Shown: positions 13,520 to 26,415 of the stretch, one piece after another | Layout of the letters: each line of letters opens with the position of its first letter | Numbering within the stretch: position 1 is the first letter of the stretch | Source: Camelus dromedarius | Taxonomy: Eukaryota | Length of the DNA: 64,000 nucleotides | Reading direction: 5' to 3' | Assembly: GCF_036321535.1 (NCBI RefSeq) | Contig: NC_087438.1 | Span: 6,512,001-6,576,000 of the forward strand | Notes under the pieces: generated by a model | What the model was told of the DNA's origin: nothing | Database searches by the model: none | Seen by the model: only the letters and a program-made list of their open reading frames with translations | Program-made: the position numbers and the translations under genes

Positions 13520-13640
13520 CTTTGTAGGAGATGACCGGATGCTCTGCTCTCTGGCACCGGGATGCGTCTGTCTCTGGCTGGGCGAGTCTCCACCACCCCA
13601 GGCTGGAGAACAGCCAAGCAATGACGCAGGGTCCCTTCAT
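13520..13640 (-). CDS. SEMA5A: Semaphorin-5A first coding exon, CDS part (signal peptide and N-terminus; 40 codons + 1 nt, phase-1 junction)
   Basis: Seen: the minus strand reads CCCACC-ATG then MKGPCVIAWLFSSLGWWRLAQPETDASRCQRAEHPVISYK, ending TACAAAG|gtgagg with the donor GT at 13519-13518. Recalled knowledge: this closely matches the human SEMA5A N-terminus MKGTCVIAWLFSSLGLWRLAHPEAQGTTQCQRTEHPVISYK-E. Downstream exons are expected beyond the window start (below position 1). Confidence 0.97.
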
Positions 13641-13716
13641 GGTGGGCAGGAGGCCTTGGACTCTGGGCACTTGTCTTTAGCCAGAAGCTCGTCGTCCCGT
13701 CATGTGGGGAAAGTGC
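13641..13716 (-). other. SEMA5A: 5'UTR part of the SEMA5A first coding exon (76 nt)
   Basis: Acceptor ctggttctctgttgtgtgttttag|GCACTTTCC on the minus strand (AG at 13718-13717), contiguous with the ATG at 13640. Confidence 0.9.
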
Positions 13717-14299
13717 CTAAAACACACAACAGAGAACCAGTGAATGGACATGAGTTCAGGTTTTCTGGTGGGTGGTCTTTTGGTAAAGCCCCATCACTCC
13801 CTTTAAAAAAAAAAAAAAGAGAGAGAGAGCCTTGGAGTGCTTGGACCACCACAGCTTTATCTAGGAGATACTTCAGAACTATGTGGGAACATGCATACAT
13901 CTCAATCCACACCTCTTATTCTCCCAGCAACTTTATGAGACGACCCACTGATCATACAAGGAGGGATGTTCAAGAGGAAACCCTGTGGAGCTGTCGTCGT
14001 CATCGCCCCCTAAGGAATGCAGTTTAGAGCTGTGCTCATTGATTGGTTTTCCCTTGGATCTTCATTCTCACCCCCTCCTGCAAACACAGATCTGTATGTG
14101 GAAGCCCTAAGAATGCCACCGTTCCCTTTTCAAAACACAAAAGCCCCTAATACATAAGGCCATGACCATTGTTTTTTACTCTTCACCTGATTAATATCAT
14201 GCTATCCAACTCTTAAAAATCATCCCAGTGGGTGAATTCATCCTTTGAAATCTCCAGATGACCTGCCTGCCAAGTTTCTGGCTAGAGGTCAAGTGTGAA

Positions 14300-16350
14300 T
14301 CAAATAAAATCTATATTGAGCACCTACTGGGTGAGATGAAATTACTATGCTGGGAGCTGTGAGACTTTAAAGATTATGAATAATTTAAACAATTAATAAG
14401 CTTTAAAACAAGATGGGCATATAAAAACAACTAGAACCCAAGCTGTCAGAAAAAAGTAACAAGAAGCAGGAGTGCTGGGGAGTCAAGAGGGGGAGTCCCG
14501 CTGCTACGTAGAGATCGAGGGTGTGTCCAAGGAGGAGTTTATGTGTGCGTTTAATAGTGGAGGGCAAAGAGGATTTCGACAGATGGAGATTTCTGGAAGG
14601 AATCCAGAAAAGGCTGAAAAGACACACTGGAGGGGCAAGAAGAAGGAGTAAGCAACACGTGTTGAGAATAGTTTACTGTACTTGACCCAAACCCCAGGAA
14701 ACAAAGGGGAGTGAGTCATGAGAAGCAGCTTAGAGAGGAGGCTGGGTTAAGATTTGGACGGTGGACGATACCAAGGTCTGAGGTCCCTATTTTTAGGCAA
14801 CAAGCTACCGTAGTATATGAACATTAGAAGAAATATTAATAAGATTGTTCTCACAATAGCATATGTAGGAAATTGGGTAGAGAAGAACACAGAGGTGGAG
14901 AAGTTAATTTGAAGCTACAGCAATTGTTCAGACGAGAAATAAATGCAGGTGTGACTTTAGGTGGTGGCAATGTGACAGAAATTGAGGCAAACCCAGCAAA
15001 CAGTCATTGTGATGGACAAAGGACGTGTGGAAAACTAAAGATGTCCACAGCGTCTTCAACTTCCCTCCCTCTGAAAGCTGGGTCTGTGCCCCCTCTCCGG
15101 AATCTGGGTTTGACCCTATGACTGCTTTGCTCCTTTGAATACGATGGAAGTGATGGCACCCTGGCTTCCAAGCCCACTCTCTAAGAGGCTGGCAGTTTTG
15201 ACTTCCTGTCTCTTAGAACACATACTCCGGGGCATAGAGACACCAAGTCAGAAGTCCAATGCCCCTGAAATTGGCATGCTAGAGAGGCCACATATAGGTA
15301 CTCCTAGTGACCTTTCCTACCAAGCCCAGCTTCCCAGCCATTCCCACCAAGGACCCTGATACATGAGGAAAGCTGAAACCCACTGAGTGACTTCAGTATC
15401 ACAAAAGCAAGGGAATCAACTACTAGAGCCCTGCCCAAATTCCTAATCCTCAGTGTGTGAAATCTAACAAACAGTTGTTGCTCTAATCTGTTAAATTCGG
15501 GGGAAGAGAAAGCAAAGAGGCACAGATGGTCTCAAGATAAAGAATATAAAGTGTCTTCGGGGATAGTAACACCATTGTTTAAAATATGATAATCAACAGA
15601 AGAAATTTTAGAGAAGAAGATGATCATTCGGTCTTGTTCATGTGGGGCTTAAGATGCTGAGCTATTAAGGAAATGCAGCAGATTGTGGGAAATCCAGGAT
15701 GGATGCTCAGAAAAAAAAGAGAATTCATAGAAAGCATATAATATTTGCAATGGTTAAAATTATGGGTGCTTGAGATCCACTGGGGGAAAGAAAGCATCAG
15801 AGAAGTAAAAAAAGAAATAGAGAGAACAGATTATTTAGAAGTTGTTAAAGAGAAGTAACCACACGAAGATGACAGAAAAGAACAGAGAGAGAAAAATATA
15901 GCACCATGGGGACCAAGTTAACCAGGATAGAAATAACACATTTTAAACAGAGGGCTGGTCAACCATATCCTGATGAGGAAGAGTGAAGACCAACAGGCAG
16001 TCAACGGTCAACTTGAGGGGTCAGTTTCAGAAAAACAAGAAGCCGTATCCTTGGAGCAAGGAACCCAAGAGGGAACGGATTGAGCAAAAGGGGGACAGAA
16101 CATCCATGGTATCGCAAATGCTGGGTAATCTCAGAAAATTCAGTGAAATCGTGATAAGCACGAAAAGATCAAAATTGGGAAAGCAGAGAAAACAGACCAT
16201 TAAATACGGCTTCTTTTCTAAGAAGTGGTGAGTGGAGAAGAGACTGTAGATCTAAGAGGGACAGGAGGTATGAGATCCAAAAAAATGGAGGTGGCCAATG
16301 ATAAACATCCAGTAAAGAGGGTGGTTATGAAAGGGAGGAGGGGGCCTCAC
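14300..16350 (-). mobile_element. L2 fragments (antisense), interrupted by an MLT1 LTR
   Basis: The antisense L2 3' end aataaaatctatattgagcacctact...tgctgggagctg is followed by purine-rich L2-like segments. Confidence 0.55.
15027..15502 (+). mobile_element. MaLR LTR (MLT1F/G/H-like)
   Basis: Motifs gaatctgggtttgaccctatgactgctttg, taagaggctggcagttttgacttcctgtctcttagaac and gagccctgcccaaattcct. Confidence 0.8.
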
Positions 16351-17914
16351 CTTTAAATAGGAGTGTGTGCACCCGAGGATGCAGCGAGATGTAGGATGAA
16401 AGGGGAAAACGTGAAGCGGAGGCTGCGTCAAGTTTCACAGTCGCTGTATTTTGAGCCCCATTGACTCAATGCTCCCCATGATGGAAACATTCCAGTGGGG
16501 CAGAGAAACAAGTGAAGGGGCTGAAAATCACGATGAGGCAAGAGTATGGTTTCTGTTGGAGGGTGAGAGCCTGCACATGAAGGTGGAGGAAGGGATAGAG
16601 AGGACAACTGGCAGCCTGGGGCACACTGGTCTAATTGGTCCATGATCTCTGGCCAAGGATGGCTCATTGTAATGGACAGTGGAGGCACGGTGCTCTCTCC
16701 TCCTGGGTTATTACAAGTATGACTCATTTCACTCTTGGAAAAGGGGTCCCAGGCTGCAAAACTGGAGGCAGCTCCAGAACTCCAGTCTATAGGTGAGCAC
16801 GTGAAGCTGCATCTCTTCTTTTCCCTCTGACCTGAGACATACGACATCACAGTTCATCAGATGACATATCTTAATACAGAATAACACTTGTTAGAAGTGT
16901 TTTAGACATAATTTTGTTCTGGACAGAGCAAGGAGATTTGGAGTAATCTCACCCATCCACTCAGGGAAGGCTACAAATAGATGATCACCACCCCACATCA
17001 AAACAAATTGGTGATGAAAAAAAATATATATATATATAAAGGATAATGAAAGTAACAATGAACTCTTAGTAAGGGCTCGCTAGCTCTGTGGCAGGCATTA
17101 CAGTTAGCCCTTACACCCTGCCTGGCACCCAACAGGCACCCAGAGCAGCATCTCCAACACCAGCTCCCACTGAACAGAATTCCATCACAAAGATGGATGG
17201 GAGCATGGCCATCTCAACCTCTGAGACTGAGCTCAGGTCACCTGTGGGTGAAAAGCAAATTCTTCTCTCACAGAGAGCTTTTCAATGTGTCAGACCCAAG
17301 ACAACACAGAACCCCCTTGTGTGAACTAAGAAACAAATTATGGAAACACCTGCCCATTGTAACTGCCCTACATTCACAACAGCCATGCATTCCCATCTCA
17401 GTCCTAACATCTCTGCCTCCCAAAGGAGAGGTGGAGAAAAATAACACAGGAGCCTAAAATGTTCCTTCCCCAGGACTTTCAAAGTGATGATTAGAGAAAG
17501 AAATGCCGTGTCAAGGGAAAGAGCAGCTAAAATGGGACACAAAGTTTGATGAGGATGAGATGAAATTACACGTTTGCCACGTTAAGCTCAGGGAAGCACA
17601 TTTAATGAAAACAGGTGATTTTTAGAGGTTTATAATTTTCAGAATATAACATGTTACCTTTTTTCTTAAAATAAAGGTACTACAAACAGATCCTCATTAG
17701 GGGCCAGGGAAGGGCATTCACTTAGAGCAGGGTTTCCGGAGCAACCTACACAATGCAAAGCTAACTCCTTGAATAGTCTTTTACTCCAAAGAGGCTCAGA
17801 TCTAAATAGCAGGTCCTTCCGTCCTGGGGTCTGCAGTTCCATCCTCCACTGAAGAACGAAGCTCTAGCCTCTTGGTGCAATGCAGTGCGGGGAGGAGGCA
17901 TACTTAGATCGGGG

Positions 17915-18105
17915 GTTTCAGTGCTTAATCTTAGCACTATTGACATTTAGAGCCAGGTAATTCTTTATTCTGGGCACCGTTCTGAGCATTTGGCAGCATC
18001 CCCGGTCTTGACACACACTAGGTGACAGTATCACCCTCCCCCTCCATCTGTGCCAACAAATTCCCCCCAAGACCTCGTCAGATCACCCTGGGTGAGAAGC
18101 TCTGA
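17915..18105 (-). mobile_element. MER20 (hAT-Charlie DNA transposon) remnant
   Basis: cttagcactattgacatttagagccaggtaattctttattctggg...ggcagcatccccgg matches the reverse MER20 consensus. Confidence 0.8.
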
Positions 18106-21100
18106 TTTGTACGTATCAAAATGCCTCTCCCTCTTTAGAAATTAAGTAAGCTAGCATCACTGGAAAGATTATTTTTAAACATGCTTATATAAATCACCCA
18201 ACTGAATTCATATTGAATCATTTCAGCAAAATTGCAATAAAAATGAAAATCACGTTAATTATAACTATTTGCTACATCAGGGAAATACATGAGGAAAGAA
18301 TTTTCAAAGGATCGATTTTAATAAAAGTTGTTCGAATTTCATCCTGCTATCTCTGGAAAATTAAAAATCTATTTGTTAATACAAAATGAGTGCTTTTTGG
18401 CAACAGGAAGATTTCTTACAGCAGGACAATTTGGGCTAGAAAACAGAGGCTTTTTTGTTACATCTATTTCAAAATCCCTGAAGCCTTCCATTTAGTTTCC
18501 TGATGTGGGAGGAGGATCTCTCCATAAGCTAAATCTAAATAAGCAAAACTGTATATATGTGTTTGTATAATAATAACATTTCCCATTCACACCCACACTG
18601 CAAATGAATAGGCTTTGGGGAACAGAAAATAACTGTTCCTTTCAGTTTAAAAAAAAAAACTGCTGTCAGATAAAAAAGAAATCAAAAGAATGAAAGCTTC
18701 CACAAGAAGTTTCACTTTGGGAACAAAGTCTAACCAGTTATTAATAAAAAACAGATCCAGAATAGCTTCACGTACTTCTTTTTTAGGGGAGGCTGAGATT
18801 CTTCTGAGCCTTAGCCCTACTGTAAAGCTGGAAAATGACCAGATCCATTGGCTCAGTTCAGAGAGCCCGCAGAAACCCGGCCGGCCCGGATCCTATCTGC
18901 TGATTTTAAGGACTTCCATCTCAGAGAGGATGGAGAAGTCAGGTGAGAGGACCAACCAGACAGCAGCCGGGAGAGGACCAGGCAGCAAAGCCCCAGCCCC
19001 GCTGCCGCACAGCAGCTGTGAGGAGGCTGTTCCACGTGCGCCTCTTGCTTGTGTAACATCACAGCCTGTTGTAAGATCAGAACCACGATGGCAGGACTTA
19101 GAGGAGTGGATGGACAGCTCTTCTGCAAGGTCTGTGTTTGCACTCATCCTTCCATCCCTTGGCCCTGTTCCATGGGATCAGATGAACCACTCACCCGGAG
19201 ACTAGAGCCCCAACTGAAAGCCGCAGAACCACCGAGGAACTCATCCCACCATCCCGACAAACCACCCTGTCTCACCCCCCCACACCCTGGCCCAGTCAGG
19301 CCAGGTGACACGGTGTCTGCGGCACAGTCACCAGCTGCTGCCAGGTAAACAGCCCTGCCCTGCTCACAAGCCCTCAGGATTTTCCCACTGCTTACCACTG
19401 ACAGCCCGTCTTCTCCCAATTCCACCCCCACTGGTCCTGCTGCAGAGGCCTCCCTTCAGCCCCTCCAGCCTGGCCCCGGGCCTCACTGTCAGCCTTGCAC
19501 GTCTGCTGATGCCTCGGGCCCCACACCCACCCAAGGTCAAGGCTGGCCTCCACCTTCTGCAGACACCCTGGCCGCCTACTCCCGCCCACACTGACCGTTC
19601 CTTCCAGGGAAACTCCGAGGTACCAATTACAGTGGCGGCTTCTTCATCAAAGGTTACACAGAAAGTCATATAACCTTTGGTGTTTCTAAGTTTTGACTTC
19701 TCCTTTTTATCATAAACAAGCCATGGCTAGAACACGCAGTGACAGTCCCCCGGGTACGCACTGCAACATGCTGAATCGGCTGTCTGAATGAATCAGAAAC
19801 CACATAGCCGGCGTTCTGCTTAGCATGGAGACCTCACCCACCCTGCACCCCTGAGCAAGCACCACCCTCAGGTGGTTTATTCAGCCCCTTGGCACACAGG
19901 AGGCAGGAAGTGAGTCAGCCTCACACTGAATTTGAGAGGTGAGAGAGGCAGCTGAAATCACCTCATCTCTCCCTTCCCTTTGTAGCAGAGAAAGTCAAGG
20001 CCCAGATAGACTGGAGAGATCTTACAGGTTAACGCAAGATCAAGTACGCAGCGGCAGGGCCACGACAAACGGGAGCAAAACCCCCCGGATCTTTGCATCA
20101 CACGCTCAGCCTTCCTGCTCACACTGGTGAAACCACACACTTGTGGGCACAAGTTCAAGTGGCCTGAATGGCACCCAGAAACATAGTCCTCGCTCCAGAG
20201 TGAAGCCTGAAGGATGAACTCATGGCCTGGAAACAGGGGGCATCACTTACTCAGCCAGTCGTACGGAAGGATGTCACCTGGGGGCGAGGGGCAGCCCTCC
20301 AGCACAGGAGTGGGGAGAGAAGAGGACACAGTCTAGCTGGGACTCTGGGTCGCAGGTAAGAGCAGTAAAAATCTATCTTTCAATAATTACCAAAGAGAGG
20401 TAGGAGCAAAGTCTTAGGGAGCACAGGAAAAGGAGGAATCCCTCTGAAGGGAGGAAGAAGACAGAAGGCATGGCTTCTGAAAGGGTTCAAGTTCAAATAT
20501 TCAAAGAAGCAGGAAGAACTGCATGCAGCCCATGGTGTGCTCAGGGTGGGAGGGAACGCATCGAATGACTCTGTGTTTATCCTCATCGAAGCATCAGATA
20601 TTCTAGGTACACTGAGCAGGAAATGGGATTAAATGAAGAATCAATAAAACAATAAACTTAAGTTAATGCACAGTGTTCAAGTAAATAGATTCCTCCAACC
20701 TTTTCCAAAAACAGCAACTGAACGTTTTATTCTTTGGGAAATAAAGCGAAATTAAACTTTTCTTGTTATTGTGTTGAGTCTCCAAGGGGAATCAGGATGT
20801 TCACCCAACACATCGCATCTTCAGTGTCTACAGACGTTTTCGTAAAAATTGTACCCTTTTTATATTATTTTAACCCATGTACCATGACTGTCAACTTTCA
20901 GCCAAAAGAGGTTTAACATAAATGAATTAGTGAAACATTTCTAGAAATGTCTTAACAAAAACACTGACCGCCCTCAAGTGCAGAAGCTCTGCTGGGTGCC
21001 ACCTTCAGGTAACTGAATAAGAAGCTGGCTTTTGTGACTCATAGATTTTCATCATCTCTGAACTGAGATGAGATGGAATTTTATGGCTATATAAAATGAC

Positions 21101-21689
21101 CTCATGGTATAAAACGGGAAAAAGCAAACATTAAACTATTTTATACGTTTCAATAATGGTTCAGCTCCAGTGACCTTATTTTATACTGCTCTTCAAAGGG
21201 AATTGTTGTTACACTTCTGCCTTTTTCCCCTTGTTTAGCTCCAGATCGCCTGGAGGAACCGTAAAAATAAATGAAGTCCATTAGATAAAATTATTATTTA
21301 CACAAAGGCAATATTAATTTTATCAGTCAGCAGGTTTTAAAACTAAGTGAAAGTTCATTCAATCCACTTCTGTGCTAGCTAAACCAAGAACCTTTTCTAA
21401 GAAAGAAAGGAAAAAAAAAAAACCTTAAATAATGGGTCTTCAAGGCAACATAACTGTATCGATAATTTCTAAAGGATTTACGCAGAGACATTTCCTCAAG
21501 GCAGGAATTTCATATGGACACAGCAAAATAACTTAGCTATAAATGACTCTCATGGTTTGGAAATTACTATTCATAATTCCCATTCGTTTTTAGTTAATAT
21601 AAGCAAGACGTGAAGTGCCACGTTCTCGCTTGTCAACTAGAAGGTGCGATGTCTATGATGACATGCAAAAGCACGCAACCATGGCCGGA

Positions 21690-22750
21690 AGAAACGAACG
21701 CACTGCCCAGTGTCCCTACTCTGGTCAGCATCCCTGCTCACCTTCTGATCGCCAAGACCAATGAGTTCATGAAATCTGACATCTCCATGGCTTTGTGCCA
21801 AGGGCCTCTTCTCTTGAATATCTCCTGAAACTCTCTCGTCCCTGGGTTCCCTAACACCCCCATCTCCCTGTGTTCCTACTGCACCCAGACCTCTCACTCC
21901 TCAGTCTTCCTTTAAATGAAGGTGCACCCTAATCTCTCCCGAACGTCATTTCTTCTCAGTCGACACTCTCAGTGGCCTATCTCTTCAAACTCACGTGACT
22001 TTACATACTTCCTAAAAGCAGGAGATACATTCATGTGTGACTGAAGAATTGTGCTGTGCACCGGAAACTGACACAACATTGTAAACTGACTACACTTCAA
22101 TAAAAAAATACAAAAAAAAAAAAGAACATAAAACAAACAAAAAAATTAAAGCAGGTGAATTCCAAATCTGTAACTCTCATCTAGACCTCTGAACATAATC
22201 AAGTCTCATAAGTCAAAATAGACATCTTCACATAAATAAGCCAGAGGTACCTCATCGGTGGGTGACCTCGTTACCTGTCTTTATCAACTGTCCCCTCTGT
22301 GCCTCTCTCCTCTCACGGCTGGTTCCACCGTTTACTCTCATATCCAGCTCATAATCCGAGGACTCACCCTCCAGTTCCCCCTCCTACATCTTCCCAAAGC
22401 TCCTGTGTCATTGTCACTGTGTTCTAACAACTGTCCTCTTCCTGTATCTAGAATCGTGCCCTGCCCCCACACCCTGACCAGCCCTCTCTGTGTCTCACCT
22501 CCACAGCTCAGCTGTTTTCTGGCAGGTCTCCCGGCCTCTAGGTCCAGTTCTTAAGCTTCGCCTCTGAGTAGCTTTCTCTGATTTTTTTCCCCACTTCCCC
22601 CCCTCCCCCTGCGGCCCCACTGCACCTCAACACTCATTTCTGTCAGAGCCTTCATCACCCTGAACTCCGATTACCTGTGTCTGTGGCTCATTCCAAAATA
22701 AACCTCTAAAAATCTCAACCCCTGGACAATACAGGGCATAGAATATACAA
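21690..22750 (+). mobile_element. L2 fragments hosting a younger L1 stub
   Basis: L2-like motifs gaaactctctcgtccctgggttccctaacacc and ccaaatctgtaactctcatctagacctct. Confidence 0.6.
22026..22147 (+). mobile_element. Short lineage-specific L1 3' stub with A tail and TSD
   Basis: catgtgtgactgaagaattgtgctgtgcaccggaaactgacacaacattgtaaactgactacacttcaataaaaaaa. TSD aaagcagg(a/t)ga at 22015-22025 and 22148-22158. Confidence 0.88.
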
Positions 22751-23577
22751 AAAAATTACCTGAGAAAGGAGTTCACAGAGAAAAATAAGGCAAACCCACA
22801 TCCACCTCTCCACCCTCTTGGCAATATTGACGCTGCCACTAAAATGCAATTCATGGTGCTGTTCCTTCTATGAATCTGCTGTTCATTGTCACAGATGTTT
22901 TATTCCTCTCTTAAAATTCTCTTAACATCTGGTCCAAATATGAGGATTCCCATGGTTTTGAGAAATGCCCTTTCTCAATGTCATAATTTTCCAGTTAATG
23001 GTCAAAGGGATGAAGGGCTTACTATAGGCAGATCAGCTTAAAAAAAGGAAGTCTCCTGGGTCTGGAAACATGAAAGCTCACAAAGATATAACTAAAGTGC
23101 GTGAACCCTCAGGGGTCTGGATGACTTATTCTGGCACGTCATAATTTGCTGGAACCATTTGAAAAATCAAAGGACAAAAAAAAAAAAAGGATGATATTAC
23201 AATTCACAGAAGAAGTAAATTCATCAAATTCATTATTCTAGGGTGAAAATGTGAATACCTAGAAATAGTGTGTCAGATAAATTTACAGACCATAGACTAT
23301 TAATATATTTGGGAAAACCAAACTGTTTAGCGAAAAGGCCCCTGATGGATGTTTTTAGATTTCAGTGGGGAATGACCCTTGTGTGTGATAACTGATGACA
23401 CCTATTAGGTCCAATGGACCAACATGTCAAAGTCAATACATTTGAGTTCAAATCTGTTGCACTCTGTGGTCTAAGGGAAAAAAAAAAAAGACCTCAAGAG
23501 CAGTAATTACTATTTTGGGGTCAGTTCATTAAACAAGAATAAGAAATCCTTCCTAAAATTAAAAAAAAAAAATTACC

Positions 23578-23655
23578 AAGTTAATAACATTGTGTTGCAT
23601 ATTTGAAAGTTGCTAAGAGAGTAAATCTTAAAAGTTCTAATCACAAGAAAAAACT
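23578..23655 (+). mobile_element. L1 3'UTR fragment
   Basis: gttaataacattgtgttgcatatttgaaagttgctaagagagtaaatcttaaaagttctaatcacaagaaaaaa. Confidence 0.75.
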
Positions 23656-24676
23656 CTGACATATCATGGCAAAATCAAAGATTCCACTGAATCAGAAAAT
23701 AATAAATTATAGGAAATGGCAAAGAAGGTTATGTGATTCTGTAAAGCATGAAAGCATCTCTTATTTTCCTGAAATAAGCCTATAAAACAAGTATTAGCCT
23801 TCTTTCCTATTCTACAGATGTGGAGACAAGACCCAAGGAGGTCCCCCAGATAAATGGAAGAGCTAATAATTTTAACAGGCACATCCCTAGCCCCAAATCC
23901 ATGGTCATCTTGCTGTACTGAAGATACTGTCCTTGTATATATATACATGTCATTTCCGTAATAACCAGTTATTGACAACGGATCGAAAGCCCTGCAAGAC
24001 ACAAGGATCATTTGGCTGAAAAAAATAAGATGCTCTATTGCTACCAATTGACTTGGGGGCTGGAGCTGAATATGTGTTTCCTTGGGGATAGAAATTTCAC
24101 CAAGTAACCGGCTGCAGCATCATTCACCTGTCCTAGAGCCAGAGACCTCACTGACCATAATTTAATCCAGCCAATGATGGATGTGCACCAGCCCCTGCAC
24201 AACTATGGGATGGCCTTAATGTCTTCTGTCGCCCTCTGTCCACCATCTACATGTCCTCCTGGGGGCCCAAGATGTCGGAGAGCAGCCATCAGCTGGTGAA
24301 TATAAATTTCTATCTCAGCCACAGCCTGTCCCTGAAACTGTAACTTCCAACCTCCTTTCACTTCTTCTTGAGTGCAAGGACTTGCCTCCAACCACACGTG
24401 GACCTAACAAACCACTACCTGCCTCTCTTCACCTTTTATGCTTCCTGTCTCCCTATCACAGCAAGAGTCCTTTTGATGTCTCGGATTTCCCTGCATGACA
24501 CTAAACCATCAGTCAAGCCTGTCCCGTCTCTCACCTCTACTGCTGCAGTCCCACGGTCAGCCACATCCTCTCTCCCCTGGACTCAGCAGAAGACTCTTGA
24601 GGTGATCATGGGGCTTTCACTCTTGCCCCAACCCCCAAAGTCTATCATCTACTTTGCAACCAGAGTCATCTTTGTA

Positions 24677-25060
24677 AAAAGACTAAAAAAGTCAAACTCA
24701 CAGAAGCAGAGAATAGAACAGGCTTCCAGGGGCTGGGGAATGGGAGAAACTGGGAGATGTTGATCAAGGAGTAGACAGTTTCAGTTACACAGAAGGAGTA
24801 CGTTCTGGAGATCCAAGGGACAGCATGGTGACTGTCATTAATGATACCATGTTGTATGCTTGAAATCTGCTAGGAGAGTAGATCTTAAATGTTCTCATCA
24901 CACACACACAAAGGTAAGTAGGTGACATGATGGATGTGTTCATCACTTCGATTGTGAGAATCATTTCATAATGTGCACATACATACATATATACACCATG
25001 TTGTACACTAAATACATACAATTTTTATTTGTCAATTGTACCTTCATAAGGCTGTAAGAA
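24677..25060 (+). mobile_element. L1MA/L1MB-type 3' end inserted in L2-like sequence
   Basis: aaagtcaaactcacagaagcagagaatagaa...gacagcatggtgactgtcattaat...gagtagatcttaaatgttctcatcac...tttttatttgtcaattgtacct. Confidence 0.88.
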
Positions 25061-26214
25061 AGAATCAACTATAATAAAATATTTGTGTATTTTAAAAGGG
25101 CGCCCCCCTCCCCCACTTTGGCACTTTCCCCTGCACTGTGCTGGGGCCACACATGCACGCAAATACACACCCACACACACACATCGCTCTGGTATTTTTG
25201 CCCACCGAGCTGATCCCCACTCAGATGGCACTTGCCGGTCCTTAGGTCCGGAAGTCCTTTCTCCAGGTCCTGCCAAGGTGCCTGTTTCTCATTACTACTC
25301 AGGTTTCCTGCAACATCACCTCCTCAGGAACCAACCCCCAAACCAGGCCAGCTGAAGCACAATCTTACTCTCTACCAGTTTCTACTATTTTCATTCACTC
25401 ACGTCACTTAAGACGACTTGAAATCATTCAGCTGCTGTTTCTGTTTATGGTCTGTTTAATCCACTGGGATATTCGAACAGGGGGAGTCAGCCTTCGTCTT
25501 GCTCACTGGTCGTTCCCAGGGCCCAGATGAGAGCATGACATTAAATATTATTGGCTGATGGACTAGGTCCTAGAGGGGACAGAAACCAAGACATCCTTTA
25601 CCTAAGTGATGGAAAAATCGTAAAGACTGGATACTTTCTGCCCGAGCAGCTGAACAGTGATTACAGAACGTTTCAGGAGCACTTCTGTGGAACCCTACAA
25701 GCGCCCCCACAAGGCATCAGGCTATTAGGTGAGACTTCAGGAGAACAAGTCAAGAAGACCATGAATCAGCGGCCGCAAAAGCACTGAATGATTAGCACAT
25801 AATGCAAAGCTATGAAATGCAGACGTGCTGTGAACATATGGTGTTTTATTCTCCCGTTCATTAGCCTGAAACGTAGAAAGGTCACTGAGGACATTACAGC
25901 AAAGGTCTCCATGGTTTAAAGTAATCCCCAAGTGTTTTGCAATTTTGCATTTTAAAATATTAAAAGCTATGTGATGGGGGTTATGTTAATGAAAATACAA
26001 AAGGAGCAACTTCTAAATATAAGTCCAGAAAAAGCAATGACAGATTGCACCAATTTGGCAAGTCGTCCCTTAACAGGGAAGGGGGTTCAGCACAGCTGCG
26101 GATGCTTGCTCGCCTGCTGTCGGCATGCGAAGGGTACAGAACTATCTATGGTATTCCTCAGCCCACGATGTCTCTGTGACCCACCCTGCCCACCTCCACC
26201 CATGTAGGAGAGGC

Positions 26215-26415
26215 AGCCTCGTAGAGGCAACGAGAACACAGACTCTGGATCCAGACTGCCGGGGTTTCAATCAGCGCCAACATTAACATTATGCCTTGGG
26301 TTCCATTATCTGTGATATGAGATAAAACGCGTGCCTTAAAATTATATGAGTTGATTCCAAAGAACGTAGAATACTCCCTAGCAATGAGGAATCACGAAAA
26401 AAAGTTTTAATAAAC
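26215..26415 (+). mobile_element. MIR SINE remnant
   Basis: acagactctggatccagactgccggggtttcaatc resembles the MIR 5' core. Confidence 0.6.

Noticed and set aside
13470..13670. 66-aa ORF taken as a complete small protein
   Set aside because: It is the SEMA5A exon plus an upstream near-cognate GTG and read-through past the splice donor. The true CDS part is 13640-13520.
13431..14027. Longest ORF (198 aa, + strand), antisense to the SEMA5A exon
   Set aside because: It has a non-ATG (GTG) start, runs through a polyA tract (KKKK), resembles no known protein, and is explained as the antisense shadow of a GC-rich exon.
18690..19673. Several 95-171 aa ORFs on both strands
   Set aside because: Expected in GC-rich sequence. 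No recognisable domain and no convincing splice-site pairing.
23664..24047. 127-aa minus-strand ORF with an acceptor-like site near 23992
   Set aside because: No matching strong donor, no similarity to SEMA5A or any protein I recognise, and it lies upstream of the start-codon exon.
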